Source: a virus
Lineage: Duplodnaviria; Caudoviricetes
DNA length: 58,491 nt
Strand: one strand, 5' to 3'
IMG/VR virus record: IMGVR_UViG_3300027659_000039
Coordinates: 1 to 58,491 of that record
Shown one piece after another: positions 38,093 through 47,974 of the stretch. Each line of letters starts with the position of its first letter. Positions within the stretch are counted from its first letter, which is position 1. The notes beneath the pieces were generated by a model that was given only the letters and a program-made list of their open reading frames with translations, was not told the DNA's origin and searched no databases. The position numbers and the translations under genes are program-made.

Positions 38093-39505
38093 TTATTCTC
38101 CTTTATACCAAAACCAAACATTGCTTTTTACGTGATATATTTTTGTTTCTATACCGCGTTCTTTTCTAAAATGTTCTACTGCTGCCTTCACTGGGGGTAA
38201 ATTCCAATCGTGGCCAGCAAATATTCCACCTGTTTTAACTTTACACCAATATTTACGCAAGTCTCGAGCTACGGCCGCGTAACTATGATCCCCGTCAATA
38301 AAAATGTAATCTAATTCTTCATTAGGAATTAAATCAGCTGCTTCCCAACTGTCTAATTCTATAAATTCTATTTTATCTTTATAAGGATCTAGCAACTGAT
38401 ATGCGTTAACTTTCCATCTATTAACCATTTCTTGAGTAACCTGCCCCCAATGATCCATATAGGGTTTATATGCATCTATTGCATAAACCTTACTGATAGA
38501 ATCGCTCATGTCAAAGAAATAACGCAAGGTAAAACCAAGACACACACCTAGTTCGCATCCTATTAAATTTCTTCCTAATTTTTCTACATAGGGAAGTAGT
38601 TCAGGAGCAGATACTTGATCCATCGGTACAGGAGTTTGTCTTGCTGTAAGCGGTTCAAGCCTAAAAGATTTTCTAATCAGATTGGTAAAATTATCTAAAT
38701 CGTCTTGATCTAATTGATACTTAACAATTACTTCTCGAGTATTGCCTATCTGCAGACATAAGTTCGCTAGGTCCTCGTTATATTTTTTAGAAAAATATTG
38801 AAAATAATCAGAGTTCCGTTGTTCTATAGATTTCTTATCTTCGTTACCATCCCAGGAACTTTTTCCATGAAAATGTAGAACATAACTATCGTTAGTATAT
38901 AGTGTTTTATATCCTAACTGTGCGGCACGAATTCTATAATCAACATCTTCGCCGCCGACTGGCTTAAATTCTTCATCAAATAACCCTACTGCTTGATAAA
39001 TGTTTCTAGGTATTCTAAACAAATAAAACGCTGTATGAAATCTTTCATAGAATCCAGAGTGTTGGTCTGTGTGAGCCACTGCTACACGACATAGCATTTC
39101 GTAATTATTGTCATATTCTTCCAAGGTCCAAGTGTTGGGAATTTCTGTGTAAGCATGTGTTTGATTACAACTGGGTAAACAAATAATATCATCTGCTTTT
39201 TCTAAACTTTCTCTCCATCCCGGCGTGAATATAATATCGTTATTCATCATAACAAAGTCTAGATCATACTCATTGGCTATCTTCATCATTTGATTTATGT
39301 TAGCCGCAAAACTTTGAGGTGTTTTGTTCTTAATAACATTTAACCAAGGATGGCTTACATCTGTCCAAACATTATCGTTATCAATTAGTGCAAATAGATC
39401 GTTCTCTTTCAGTTGAGTAGTACTAAAAAAACTGTTTAGTGCGTAAGGAGTAAAGTGTGTACTACCTGCACTGGTTATCATTCCAAATAAAGTACCGTTG
39501 CTCAT
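38093..39505 (-). CDS. GT2-family glycosyltransferase fused to class I SAM methyltransferase
   Basis: IDND, MNNDI, GLFDE.F..GGEDVDY..R; C-domain ELGVCLG, IDAY, DYIFIDGDHSY, GGIFAGHDW. Confidence 0.85.
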   Translation of the reverse strand: MSNGTLFGMITSAGSTHFTPYALNSFFSTTQLKENDLFALIDNDNVWTDVSHPWLNVIKNKTPQSFAANINQMMKIANEYDLDFVMMNNDIIFTPGWRESLEKADDIICLPSCNQTHAYTEIPNTWTLEEYDNNYEMLCRVAVAHTDQHSGFYERFHTAFYLFRIPRNIYQAVGLFDEEFKPVGGEDVDYRIRAAQLGYKTLYTNDSYVLHFHGKSSWDGNEDKKSIEQRNSDYFQYFSKKYNEDLANLCLQIGNTREVIVKYQLDQDDLDNFTNLIRKSFRLEPLTARQTPVPMDQVSAPELLPYVEKLGRNLIGCELGVCLGFTLRYFFDMSDSISKVYAIDAYKPYMDHWGQVTQEMVNRWKVNAYQLLDPYKDKIEFIELDSWEAADLIPNEELDYIFIDGDHSYAAVARDLRKYWCKVKTGGIFAGHDWNLPPVKAAVEHFRKERGIETKIYHVKSNVWFWYKGE

Positions 39506-40416
39506 TTTGTAATTGTATTAAAAAAGTTGCTCCACTCATTAGCCCTGCGTTCCCAAGACCAATAGTTATGATAATGATGTGATTGTGCAATTAACTGTTG
39601 CTGGTTGTCTTCATTCCAGTAGTTATTAATAGTTTTTTCTAGTTCTATTGCAAATCTTTCCGCTAAAACTTCCCTATTTGGGCCATGAGGAACGTATGTA
39701 GCCCAGTCATTGCATGTTTCAGGTAGTGCCCCTAGATTAGTTGTAAGTATTTGACAGCCGGCTGTTGCTGCTTCAATTGCAGATAGGCAACTAGTTTCTT
39801 CAAATGTGCTAGGATACGGAAATATATGTGCTTGTTGTACACACGCACGTACAATATCATTGGGCTGGTATTCGTGAAAGTTTACATTTTTTTGTGTGCG
39901 GGCATGATCAAACAACCAATCAAATTGCCCCTGTGTAATTTTTACAAAATTCTCGCCGTAAATCTTTGTACTAGAAAATACATCTAATTCTACATCATCA
40001 CGATCTAGTATCATTAACGATTTAAGTATTACATCTAGGCCACGCCATGGCGTACTAGTATACACTAATTTTAGTTTTCCTGTCTTTGACTTTTCTACAA
40101 ACGGAATAGGTTCTACAGCATTTCTTAACACAATACTTTTATAAGCAGGAACATTAAATTCTTGTTTAAATTTATTAAACTGCCAATGACTTACAAAGAT
40201 AAAATAATCAATTGCTTCAACAAATGTGGGGTCTTTCATGCCTACGCAGATTTCTTCATTAGTGTTTAGGTGTTGCCACACAACATTTATTTTATTGGGG
40301 TCAATTTGTTCGTGAAAACAAAAACTTAAAATTAAATTTATTCGATCACTCCACTCAGACCCAACATGTTTAAGCATGTTAAGATATAGTATCTCGCTGC
40401 CGCCCATTGGTTTCAT
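39502..40416 (-). CDS. GT-B (GT4-like) glycosyltransferase
   Basis: GGSE, FVSHWQ, YTSTPWRGL, YPSTFEETSCLSAIEA, GALPET. Confidence 0.85.
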   Translation of the reverse strand: MKPMGGSEILYLNMLKHVGSEWSDRINLILSFCFHEQIDPNKINVVWQHLNTNEEICVGMKDPTFVEAIDYFIFVSHWQFNKFKQEFNVPAYKSIVLRNAVEPIPFVEKSKTGKLKLVYTSTPWRGLDVILKSLMILDRDDVELDVFSSTKIYGENFVKITQGQFDWLFDHARTQKNVNFHEYQPNDIVRACVQQAHIFPYPSTFEETSCLSAIEAATAGCQILTTNLGALPETCNDWATYVPHGPNREVLAERFAIELEKTINNYWNEDNQQQLIAQSHHYHNYWSWERRANEWSNFFNTITK

Positions 40417-41069
40417 AGACTCTCCGCAAACTTCATTAGATTTTCGTATACTCGAACTTTGGGAAGCAACATTTTGTAGATGTGATTTTGTAATTTTTCT
40501 TGTGTTTTTTTACCTTTGCCGGTAAGAACAAGCACCGGAGTTGCTCCTGCTTTTTCAGCCATAACTAAATCTTCTAAACTGTCACCAACATAGGCCCCAC
40601 CTTTAATTTTTGCCCCAGGAATATTATTTTCAGCATGTTTAAAAAGACCTGGATTGGGCTTAGAAAACGGATCGTCTTTGCGACTAGATGTATTATACCA
40701 AATCCCATCAATGCTTGTACAACCTGCTTGTCCTAGTAGATTTAACATGTGTCGGTTACAGTTTTCTACTTCATCTATAGAAACTTTTTTATGACTTATA
40801 CTTGGTTGATCAAATAAGAAGGCAAGTTTATGACCTTTACTACGAATAATTGCAACAGCCTTAAATGCATCTTCAATGGGTATAAACTTATCTGGGCCGT
40901 TAATTATATCATCACATTCACAAACTACACCGTCTCTATCTAACGCAATAAGGTATTTGTCAAATATTGCAGGCATAGTTATAGCTTGTGAAATATTTGG
41001 TTGTACCTGCTGTTGCTGTTGAACAGACAGGTTGCTTTTCATATTTTTATCTACACTAAATCTTCCCAT
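40413..41069 (-). CDS. gmhB: HAD-IIIA sugar-phosphate phosphatase, GmhB-like
   Basis: LDRDGV, KPNPGL, VGDSLEDL..A..AG, LVLTGKG. Confidence 0.75.
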   Translation of the reverse strand: MGRFSVDKNMKSNLSVQQQQQVQPNISQAITMPAIFDKYLIALDRDGVVCECDDIINGPDKFIPIEDAFKAVAIIRSKGHKLAFLFDQPSISHKKVSIDEVENCNRHMLNLLGQAGCTSIDGIWYNTSSRKDDPFSKPNPGLFKHAENNIPGAKIKGGAYVGDSLEDLVMAEKAGATPVLVLTGKGKKTQEKLQNHIYKMLLPKVRVYENLMKFAESL

Positions 41070-41072
41070 ATT

Positions 41073-41876
41073 TTACTCGTATAATTTTTTTATATCTTGA
41101 GATATTGACGGTTGTGTCTTATTCATATATCTATTAAGGTGATTACTTCCGTAGGATTTACTTACCGGAGGGGCTAACTGGCCTGGTTGACTGTTATTAG
41201 GATTTGTCCTACGTAACCAATCATCAAAATTTCCTGTATATTTTTTAAATCCGACATGATTGCAGGTAATACCAGTGTCTAGCCAAGTTGTATACCCTAA
41301 TTGTTTTAATTTTCTACACATTAAAATGTCTTCACTAATAATATCACCATTTTCTACAATGACATCAAATATCCATCGACGCTTTTTACCTTGTTCTTTT
41401 TCTTCATATACAGGACTAGCGTCCCATATTGCGTCAACCGCCTTACGACTTAACTTTAAAAATCCAGTGCCTAGTCCTTCTACTGCTAACAATCCCGTAA
41501 CAGGATCACGATCAGCATATGGTTGTAAAACTTTCCCTACATACATTTCTGTATCGCCTTTCTTAGGATAAGTCCCACCTACTACATCTACTGGATAATT
41601 TAACAATCTGTAAAAATGCTCGGGATTCCACTCAATGTCGGCATCGATAAAAATGATATCATCGCAATTCATTTCTCGAACTAGCGCAATAATATCGTTT
41701 CTTGCACGTTGTATTAGCGCATCGTAACTTAACCAGATAGGTAAAATTTCTACGTTCATCTGATCAGATAATTTAATTGTATTCACAAGGCTATGTGTAT
41801 ACCATACATCAACACTTCCGTCATAACACGGAGTACCTATTAACACTCGTCTTTTCTTTTGCATTATTCTATCCAC
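41073..41876 (-). CDS. GT-A fold putative glycosyltransferase
   Basis: IGTPCY, LIQRARN, FIDADI, GTGF, SEDILMC, H.G; start 41864 or 41876. Confidence 0.75.
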   Translation of the reverse strand: MDRIMQKKRRVLIGTPCYDGSVDVWYTHSLVNTIKLSDQMNVEILPIWLSYDALIQRARNDIIALVREMNCDDIIFIDADIEWNPEHFYRLLNYPVDVVGGTYPKKGDTEMYVGKVLQPYADRDPVTGLLAVEGLGTGFLKLSRKAVDAIWDASPVYEEKEQGKKRRWIFDVIVENGDIISEDILMCRKLKQLGYTTWLDTGITCNHVGFKKYTGNFDDWLRRTNPNNSQPGQLAPPVSKSYGSNHLNRYMNKTQPSISQDIKKLYE

Positions 41877-42685
41877 AACAGTTGTCTTTTAATATGGTCA
41901 AAGTCAAATTTCCAAAAACTCGAACTTACGTAATTTTCCCAGATATCTGATGGCAATATTGGTTTCCTCTGTTTAAATTCTACCTTCTTGCGAACTGTAT
42001 GTAAGCCCGTAATATTAGCGGCGTCATCAAATTCATCATAGCTGTCTTCAACATTGTTGAAGTCGTGTTCAAACCAAGGTTCGCCAATAAATTGGTAAAT
42101 TGTCTGCATTGTTTCTCTAGGGCGTTTACACAACGCTTCATAATCTACTACACACAACATATCTTTTTCATTACTGAATAGGCCTTGTTTTAAACAAGTT
42201 AGTGGTCCGGTAACATAGCCGCCGTTTCCCTCCATACTCATTAGACTATTACATCTCATATAGACATTAGACATATCCTGATGATTATATAATGCCTTTA
42301 TTGAGTAAGGATTTTTAGCATTTAATTGTTCAAAACTATCTAATATCCAAGGAACGTCTCTAATACATACAATTACTTTACTGTAGGGAAATAAATCTTT
42401 AACCATAGAAGTTTGTGCAGTCCAGGCCCGGTTCGTATTAAAACAAACTTCCGGTTTTCCTTCGTAGAAGTTAGCAAATAATCCTCTAATCAAACCTGCA
42501 CGTTTTTCTATTGGCACTGAAACTTCCATGCCTACTGCGCTGTGTGTTACCTGTAAGAGGTTTCTTGCATAGTCGTGTAATGGGTCACTAATATCTGCAC
42601 AGAATTTAGGATTTTGTTTTAGAATAGCACTGAGCAATGTTGACCCACTGCGTGGTAATCCTGATATAAAATGATATTTTTGCAT
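41864..42685 (-). CDS. sulfotransferase family protein
   Basis: 5'-PSB motif SGLPRSGSTLL; 3'-PB motif IRD...ILDS; YEALC..P. Confidence 0.88.
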   Translation of the reverse strand: MQKYHFISGLPRSGSTLLSAILKQNPKFCADISDPLHDYARNLLQVTHSAVGMEVSVPIEKRAGLIRGLFANFYEGKPEVCFNTNRAWTAQTSMVKDLFPYSKVIVCIRDVPWILDSFEQLNAKNPYSIKALYNHQDMSNVYMRCNSLMSMEGNGGYVTGPLTCLKQGLFSNEKDMLCVVDYEALCKRPRETMQTIYQFIGEPWFEHDFNNVEDSYDEFDDAANITGLHTVRKKVEFKQRKPILPSDIWENYVSSSFWKFDFDHIKRQLLWIE

Positions 42686-44388
42686 TATTCTTTCACCAAT
42701 AACTTTCCTATATCTGGTAGATATAGATATTTTATATCAGATCCGATGATTGTGTTAACTGCATCTACTAACGTCTCTACTAACGGATCACCTGCTAGAT
42801 TGAAGCTGGTATTAAACACCATAGGTACACCTGTCTTTTTATAGAATGCTTCAATTAGACGATAATAAAATAAATTGTCTGCCTCATTAACAGTCTGAAC
42901 ACGACATGTTCCGTCTACGTGTGTAACACTAGGAACGTCTCCTATGCGTTTTGCCGACAGGTTAATGGCATACATCATAAAAGGACTAGACTTTAGTCCT
43001 CTCATTTCAAACCATTCGTCTGCATGTTCTTCCATAACGCTGGCTGCAAATGGTCGAAACCATTCGCGACCTTTAACACGATTTACAAAATCTTTGCCGT
43101 CGAGTCTGCGTGGATCAAATAAAATACTACGATTACCTAATGCTCTAGGCCCCCCTTCTGGACGACCATGAAATAACGAAACAATATTACCATTAACTAA
43201 TAGGTCAGCAACATCGTTAATATCCGCAGATTGCGTTTTTATTCCGCTTATTTGTTTTAGTATATTATCTAAAATACTGTAGTTTGGCGCGGCACCTAAA
43301 TAGATATGTTTTAATGGGTTCTTCGGAGCGGTGTTGTTATAAACATACCATCCAAGTTTAGCAAGTCCCATAGCAGTTCCACCGTCGTGACTGATAGGGT
43401 CTACATATAAATTAATATCTTTTAATCTATCTTTATAATAATAGTTTGCCACACAGTTTAATCCGTAGCCGCCTGCAATGACAACATTCTTAATACCTGT
43501 CGAGGCTACCGCATTTTCTATTAGACCACACACCATCTGTTGAGATTCTTGTTGAATTTTCCAAGCAAGATCTCGGTCGATATCTTTTACTTTAGAAAAG
43601 TTGTTGTGCCATTCTTTAGGTTCTTGTGTCCTTTGTAGTGCAGGGAATCTATTTTCATCTATGTTTGAGCCAGCAGGGTACATAGGTAATAGTAAGTTTT
43701 TATTCCCCTTACCTTCCACAAAGAAGTCTGGAATAGTTGCGTTGGCTTTTCCATAAGGTGCAAGCCCCATTGTTTTGCCTGCTTCAATATAACCAAATCC
43801 CAGATAGTGACTGACTGCTTCGTAGGCCTTGGTAATAGTAACAGAGTTATCAAACTCTTGTACACCATTATTAAAATAATCAGTACGACCATCCGAATAT
43901 CGTTTGTACAAGGGTTCAAAATTTACAGGATAAGAACATTTATAAACACTTTCGGTTTCGTATCCACCTACTGTGTTGCCTGTACCGTCTGGTCCGGTAG
44001 TAGTTGAATGAAAACTGCCAGCACCGTCTACTATAACGGCCAGTGCTTCATCAAATCCACTGTTATAAAATGCGCCTGCGGCATGACCTAAGTGATGCTG
44101 ATGCCCCATATTGGTAACTAAAACTTTTGGATTAAATTTACGAACCAATGCTGTATAAGCATCTTCCATAGTCCAGGGTAGTTTACTAAATTCCGGACTG
44201 GTACCGCCTAAAATAAGTTCATCTACGGGATAACTTTGTAAACACTCTAACATTGCTCGGAAAGGATTGCCATCGTATTTCATACGGCTGAGTCTTTCTT
44301 CTTCTGCATAGTAGACAACTTCGCCGTCTACAAGCAAACAAGCAGAACCGTTGTGTCCTGGATTAATGGCTAAAATGTTATATGGCAT
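42685..44388 (-). CDS. nodU: NodU/CmcH-family O-carbamoyltransferase
   Basis: GHNGS, EEERLSR.K, HHLGHA, VDGAG, GKTMGLAPYG, GGYGLNC, EGGPRALGNRS, REWFRPFA, NTSFN. Confidence 0.93.
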   Translation of the reverse strand: MPYNILAINPGHNGSACLLVDGEVVYYAEEERLSRMKYDGNPFRAMLECLQSYPVDELILGGTSPEFSKLPWTMEDAYTALVRKFNPKVLVTNMGHQHHLGHAAGAFYNSGFDEALAVIVDGAGSFHSTTTGPDGTGNTVGGYETESVYKCSYPVNFEPLYKRYSDGRTDYFNNGVQEFDNSVTITKAYEAVSHYLGFGYIEAGKTMGLAPYGKANATIPDFFVEGKGNKNLLLPMYPAGSNIDENRFPALQRTQEPKEWHNNFSKVKDIDRDLAWKIQQESQQMVCGLIENAVASTGIKNVVIAGGYGLNCVANYYYKDRLKDINLYVDPISHDGGTAMGLAKLGWYVYNNTAPKNPLKHIYLGAAPNYSILDNILKQISGIKTQSADINDVADLLVNGNIVSLFHGRPEGGPRALGNRSILFDPRRLDGKDFVNRVKGREWFRPFAASVMEEHADEWFEMRGLKSSPFMMYAINLSAKRIGDVPSVTHVDGTCRVQTVNEADNLFYYRLIEAFYKKTGVPMVFNTSFNLAGDPLVETLVDAVNTIIGSDIKYLYLPDIGKLLVKE

Positions 44389-45323
44389 TAGGTACCCTTA
44401 CGCTCGATGTCTTCAACAATTTTATTATAAATTGCGGTTAATTCTTCTTCGTCAAAATCGGACATTCTATCATTGTGACGGTCTGCTAATACACTGTCTA
44501 ATCCTGTAATACGAATAGGGCTGTATTTCTTTGCGCCTTCTTTTTCGATAATTTGGAAATAATCAGGATAGCTGGTATTAATAGGAAATGTACTTCCAAA
44601 GATAACTGTTCCCGGAGTACCTACAGCACGAGCCATATGTTGTCCCACACTGTCTACTCCTACAAAATAATCAGCACATTCAATTAGGGCGGCCCACATG
44701 CGTAGGTCAGTAGTAGGTGGAAGTTTAATTGTGTATGTATCAGTGACAATTTGGAACTGTTGTTCTCCGAAGAATACCATATTATATCTTGCCGCAAGTT
44801 TTTTAGTTAGACTAATATAAGCATCGGGGCTTAGACTGCGACTAGCAGGATCGATTACATCCGCACGATCTAATGTGGCGCCACGGCCGAACGGTTGGAT
44901 AATAATAGTCTTAGATTTCTTTTGCTGTTCTTTAACATCAGCAAGAGTATTTGCGGCCCATTTTTCTTCCGACTTGTTAAATGTAAGACAGGGAGCGACT
45001 AAATCACTGTGGTCTGTGGTCTTATTGATTTCTCGATCAAACCCCTCTACTAGACCAATTTCTTGACGAAAATATGCAGGTAGCCTGTAAGGTTCAGGTG
45101 TAAGAATTTCTTCTGCTTTGCTGACAATATTGTCCCAAAGTCCTTTAGTGTCTGCACCATAGGTACGATCTTGTAGTTCCGGAATACTCCAAAGTAATCC
45201 GTCCCATGCAGGAATAATGATATACCATTCTCTATTCGGGTTAAGTCTATGGTATTTGAGTAATGCAGGTATTGCGGCAATAACACGGCCTGCGCCGCCG
45301 TCGATGTAAATAATTGTTGACAT
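44388..45323 (-). CDS. GT9-like (ADP-heptose heptosyltransferase-type) glycosyltransferase
   Basis: GGAGR.I N-terminal motif; IIIQPFG; FVGVDSVGQHMARA.G.P..VIFGST. Confidence 0.75.
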   Translation of the reverse strand: MSTIIYIDGGAGRVIAAIPALLKYHRLNPNREWYIIIPAWDGLLWSIPELQDRTYGADTKGLWDNIVSKAEEILTPEPYRLPAYFRQEIGLVEGFDREINKTTDHSDLVAPCLTFNKSEEKWAANTLADVKEQQKKSKTIIIQPFGRGATLDRADVIDPASRSLSPDAYISLTKKLAARYNMVFFGEQQFQIVTDTYTIKLPPTTDLRMWAALIECADYFVGVDSVGQHMARAVGTPGTVIFGSTFPINTSYPDYFQIIEKEGAKKYSPIRITGLDSVLADRHNDRMSDFDEEELTAIYNKIVEDIERKGT

Positions 45324-45348
45324 TGAATCCTCTGATCAGATATTAAGT

Positions 45349-45377
45349 ATTATACGTACTTAATTATGCTAGATCAA
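45349..45377 (-). promoter_or_regulatory. sigma70-type promoter for the sugar-tailoring operon
   Basis: TTGATC, 17 bp, TATAAT, then GAGGA RBS; a TAAGTA late-like motif lies in the spacer. Confidence 0.7.
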
Positions 45378-45413
45378 GAGGGTTAGATAAAATTTTGATT
45401 AACTCGATTACTT

Positions 45414-45464
45414 TCACCATTTATTCATTGGGCAATTAAAAACTATATCGTATTTTATTGCCAT
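45414..45464 (-). pseudogene. 16-codon ORF (MAIKYDIVFNCPMNKW), probable deletion remnant
   Basis: Own TATAAATA (45484-45491) and GAGAATAAC leader shared with neighbouring genes. Confidence 0.4.
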
Positions 45465-45511
45465 GTTATTCTCTTATTATGTGTATTTATATTAGAGTCC
45501 TACTCAAATTA

Positions 45512-46963
45512 TCATAATCCAAATCGTGATTTAAACGTATTGAAGTTTGTGCTAACTTCACCTGCTGATAAAGCACGATTGTACACTGCAACTTGATTAA
45601 TCCTTGCAGTGGCAAATTCACTGGCATCTGGATCACCACCAACAAAAAACGGCATGGCATCTACTCTCAAATCTGGAGAATCTCCATCTCGCGATCCCAC
45701 TTGTGTGCCATTTACATACAGCTTCATGTTGGCAGTGCCGGCCTGTGTTCCATCGTAAATCACACATATATTCTGCCAGACATTGAGTGTGAACAACTGA
45801 AATATTTCTGCAGGATACATTTCAAATTTTTGGGTGGTTAATTTGTAAAATCTTAAAAGGCTGGTTCCTCTATAGCCCATGAGAACATAACTATCAGAGT
45901 TTGCTACCGGGTAAGTCCATATATTCCATGTGAACGCTGTGGCTGCCGATTGTACTGGTGTTTGATAAGTGAAGCTGGTTCTTTGTGATGCGCCACTTCC
46001 GAAACTAAAATAACTTGCAGCTCCAGCAGATGTATATGCAGGACTATTAACTATTGTACCAGTCCTGCCATTACCACTCAAATCAGTCCAAGTAGTTCCC
46101 GATCCAGAATAACTTGCAACATTTCCTGCATCTAACCAAAGTTGTAATCCGGAGGTGATGAGAGTTGGTACATATGGATCGACTGTTATTATAGTGGGAG
46201 CTTGATAGCTATTGGGTTGTCTCGCCACTATGGCTCCGGTGTTATTCCCTACATCTAATGCATTTATTTTTTTGCCCCATGCACGAACATAGGCAATATC
46301 CCCCCTGAAGAAATTACCAGTGCCTGCACGACTGGCTATATAGGTCCAAGTATTGGCAAATGCCAATCCACTAGTGGTTGCAGATGTAACAGCAGTTATT
46401 GATGTGTTGGTAAAAAATTGAGCAGTAGTAGAACCATTGATAAAAATTTGTCTGCCGGTTGAATCAGATCCGTTGACAAATGTCTCAACAACACTGTTAA
46501 ATGATGTATTTGTATTTGGTGTAAATCCAAACAATCTAGGCCCGTAACCCTGCCATATTGACAGGTAGGTATTGGTCACAGTACTAATATTATTTGCGTT
46601 CATCAGCAGGGTAATACCACCAGTGGCTGTACTACCACCAGTACCCGTAGTTTCATATAATATTTGTGTAGTAGATGTATTAGTAGTCCTGTAACCAATT
46701 TCAATAGTTACCGCTGAGTAAGCATTAAAATTTATAGCAGTGGCACTACGTGCATGTTGATTTGTGCCGTTAAAGGTTAAGTATGTACCAGTAGTTCCAT
46801 TACTGGTATAGGTAGGTGTATTGAATAATGTAAAATTATTTCTATTAGGTGACAAATCATTCCACGTTGATCCGCTACCTGGGTAACTTTTAGGATTAGC
46901 AGCATCTAAATAAAATATTAGATCGCTAACATTAGATAAATTTGGCCCGTCTATTACGCTCAT
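45512..46963 (-). CDS. tail fibre/adhesin with two LamG/ConA-like domains
   Basis: Two LDA.N..SY.GSG..W.DLS modules; C-terminal VYNRALSA.EV..NF. Confidence 0.8.
   Translation of the reverse strand: MSVIDGPNLSNVSDLIFYLDAANPKSYPGSGSTWNDLSPNRNNFTLFNTPTYTSNGTTGTYLTFNGTNQHARSATAINFNAYSAVTIEIGYRTTNTSTTQILYETTGTGGSTATGGITLLMNANNISTVTNTYLSIWQGYGPRLFGFTPNTNTSFNSVVETFVNGSDSTGRQIFINGSTTAQFFTNTSITAVTSATTSGLAFANTWTYIASRAGTGNFFRGDIAYVRAWGKKINALDVGNNTGAIVARQPNSYQAPTIITVDPYVPTLITSGLQLWLDAGNVASYSGSGTTWTDLSGNGRTGTIVNSPAYTSAGAASYFSFGSGASQRTSFTYQTPVQSAATAFTWNIWTYPVANSDSYVLMGYRGTSLLRFYKLTTQKFEMYPAEIFQLFTLNVWQNICVIYDGTQAGTANMKLYVNGTQVGSRDGDSPDLRVDAMPFFVGGDPDASEFATARINQVAVYNRALSAGEVSTNFNTFKSRFGL
46275..46336. repeat. 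62-bp exact dispersed repeat, copy 1
   Basis: Identical to 49149-49210. Confidence 0.85.
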
Positions 46964-46968
46964 AACAA

Positions 46969-47142
46969 TTATTGAGCTAGTTGCTCTTCGGTGGGTTGTG
47001 GTAAAGTTGGATGGTTCCAGCTCTCAATAAAAGCGCCACGACCGTCATTGTTGTCAACTAACACGATTGTACCCCGCCTTGGACTAAAATCCTCAATAGT
47101 TAATTCTGGATAAATGGTTAAGATTTTTTCAAATAATGACAT
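46969..47142 (-). CDS. XkdW-like small tail-fibre-associated protein (57 aa, not in ORF track)
   Basis: MSLFEKILTIYPELTIEDF...DNNDGRGAFIESWNHPTLPQPTEEQLAQ; TAATG-coupled to the upstream gene. Confidence 0.75.
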   Translation of the reverse strand: MSLFEKILTIYPELTIEDFSPRRGTIVLVDNNDGRGAFIESWNHPTLPQPTEEQLAQ

Positions 47143-47903
47143 TAGGGTCTCACGTAAAATGCTTGGAAATATGTACCAGCTTGGGCTGCAGAAGTATTTA
47201 AAGCAGTAGAAGAGTAGCCAAATATTTCAATGTAATCAGTACTGCCATTTAGATTTACTAATGCTGATACAACTGTAGAGTAACAGGTTCCGCCAATGTC
47301 TGCGCCAGCTTTAATTGCAGTTCCGTTCCTTCTTATGACTATATACCCTTCGGTAACTCCTGCGGCAAACGCAATGCTGGCATTAACTTGATACCATCCT
47401 GCTATCAGAGGTTGATATCTGTAGTTGGTAGTGTTATCGTAAGCGTTGGTAGAATCTGCCTCTTTGACTTGGAAAGCTACTTTGGTGTAGGAGGCCGCAC
47501 CTAATGCAGTTACAGAGTTTTGATAAGCACTGAATGCGGGCATACCATAGGATAACACGGGGCCGCCTACTGACAGTACAGTGGCATTAGTTGTAGTGTT
47601 GGTACTTGTTCCAATCCATACAGCACCGTTGTATTGTCCCAATTTTAATAAACCGTTGTCTAACAACTCAATACTAGGAATACCAGAAATGTCATTGACA
47701 CTAAAAAGTGTGCCAGTATTAGTATCAATAATACTCATTAATTGTCCAACACCGCCTTCAATACTTATGGGGCCTGTGTCTAGTACTTTAAAAGTAATGG
47801 TACTTACAGATGCAGTTGCAGACCCGCCAGTAAATTTAATGGTCGGTTGTCCGCTAGTACCTGTAGCTGGTGTTATTACAATATTTTTATCGCCTAGTGC
47901 CAT
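47142..47903 (-). CDS. tail fibre protein with C-terminal C1q-like domain
   Basis: PAFSAY...KVAF...YD...Y.P..AGWYQVNA...LNGSTDYIEI; TATAAATA at 47921-47928. Confidence 0.75.
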   Translation of the reverse strand: MALGDKNIVITPATGTSGQPTIKFTGGSATASVSTITFKVLDTGPISIEGGVGQLMSIIDTNTGTLFSVNDISGIPSIELLDNGLLKLGQYNGAVWIGTSTNTTTNATVLSVGGPVLSYGMPAFSAYQNSVTALGAASYTKVAFQVKEADSTNAYDNTTNYRYQPLIAGWYQVNASIAFAAGVTEGYIVIRRNGTAIKAGADIGGTCYSTVVSALVNLNGSTDYIEIFGYSSTALNTSAAQAGTYFQAFYVRP

Positions 47904-47974
47904 GTTATTCTCATTTTAATTATTTATATCTTGGTTATCTTGATATATCCGCTTGCAGTCATGTTAAAGTGTCC

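Noticed and set aside
37297-45323. Bacterial contamination or host LPS island
   Set aside because: Composition and leader motifs match the flanking phage genes; no integrase, transposase or junction visible
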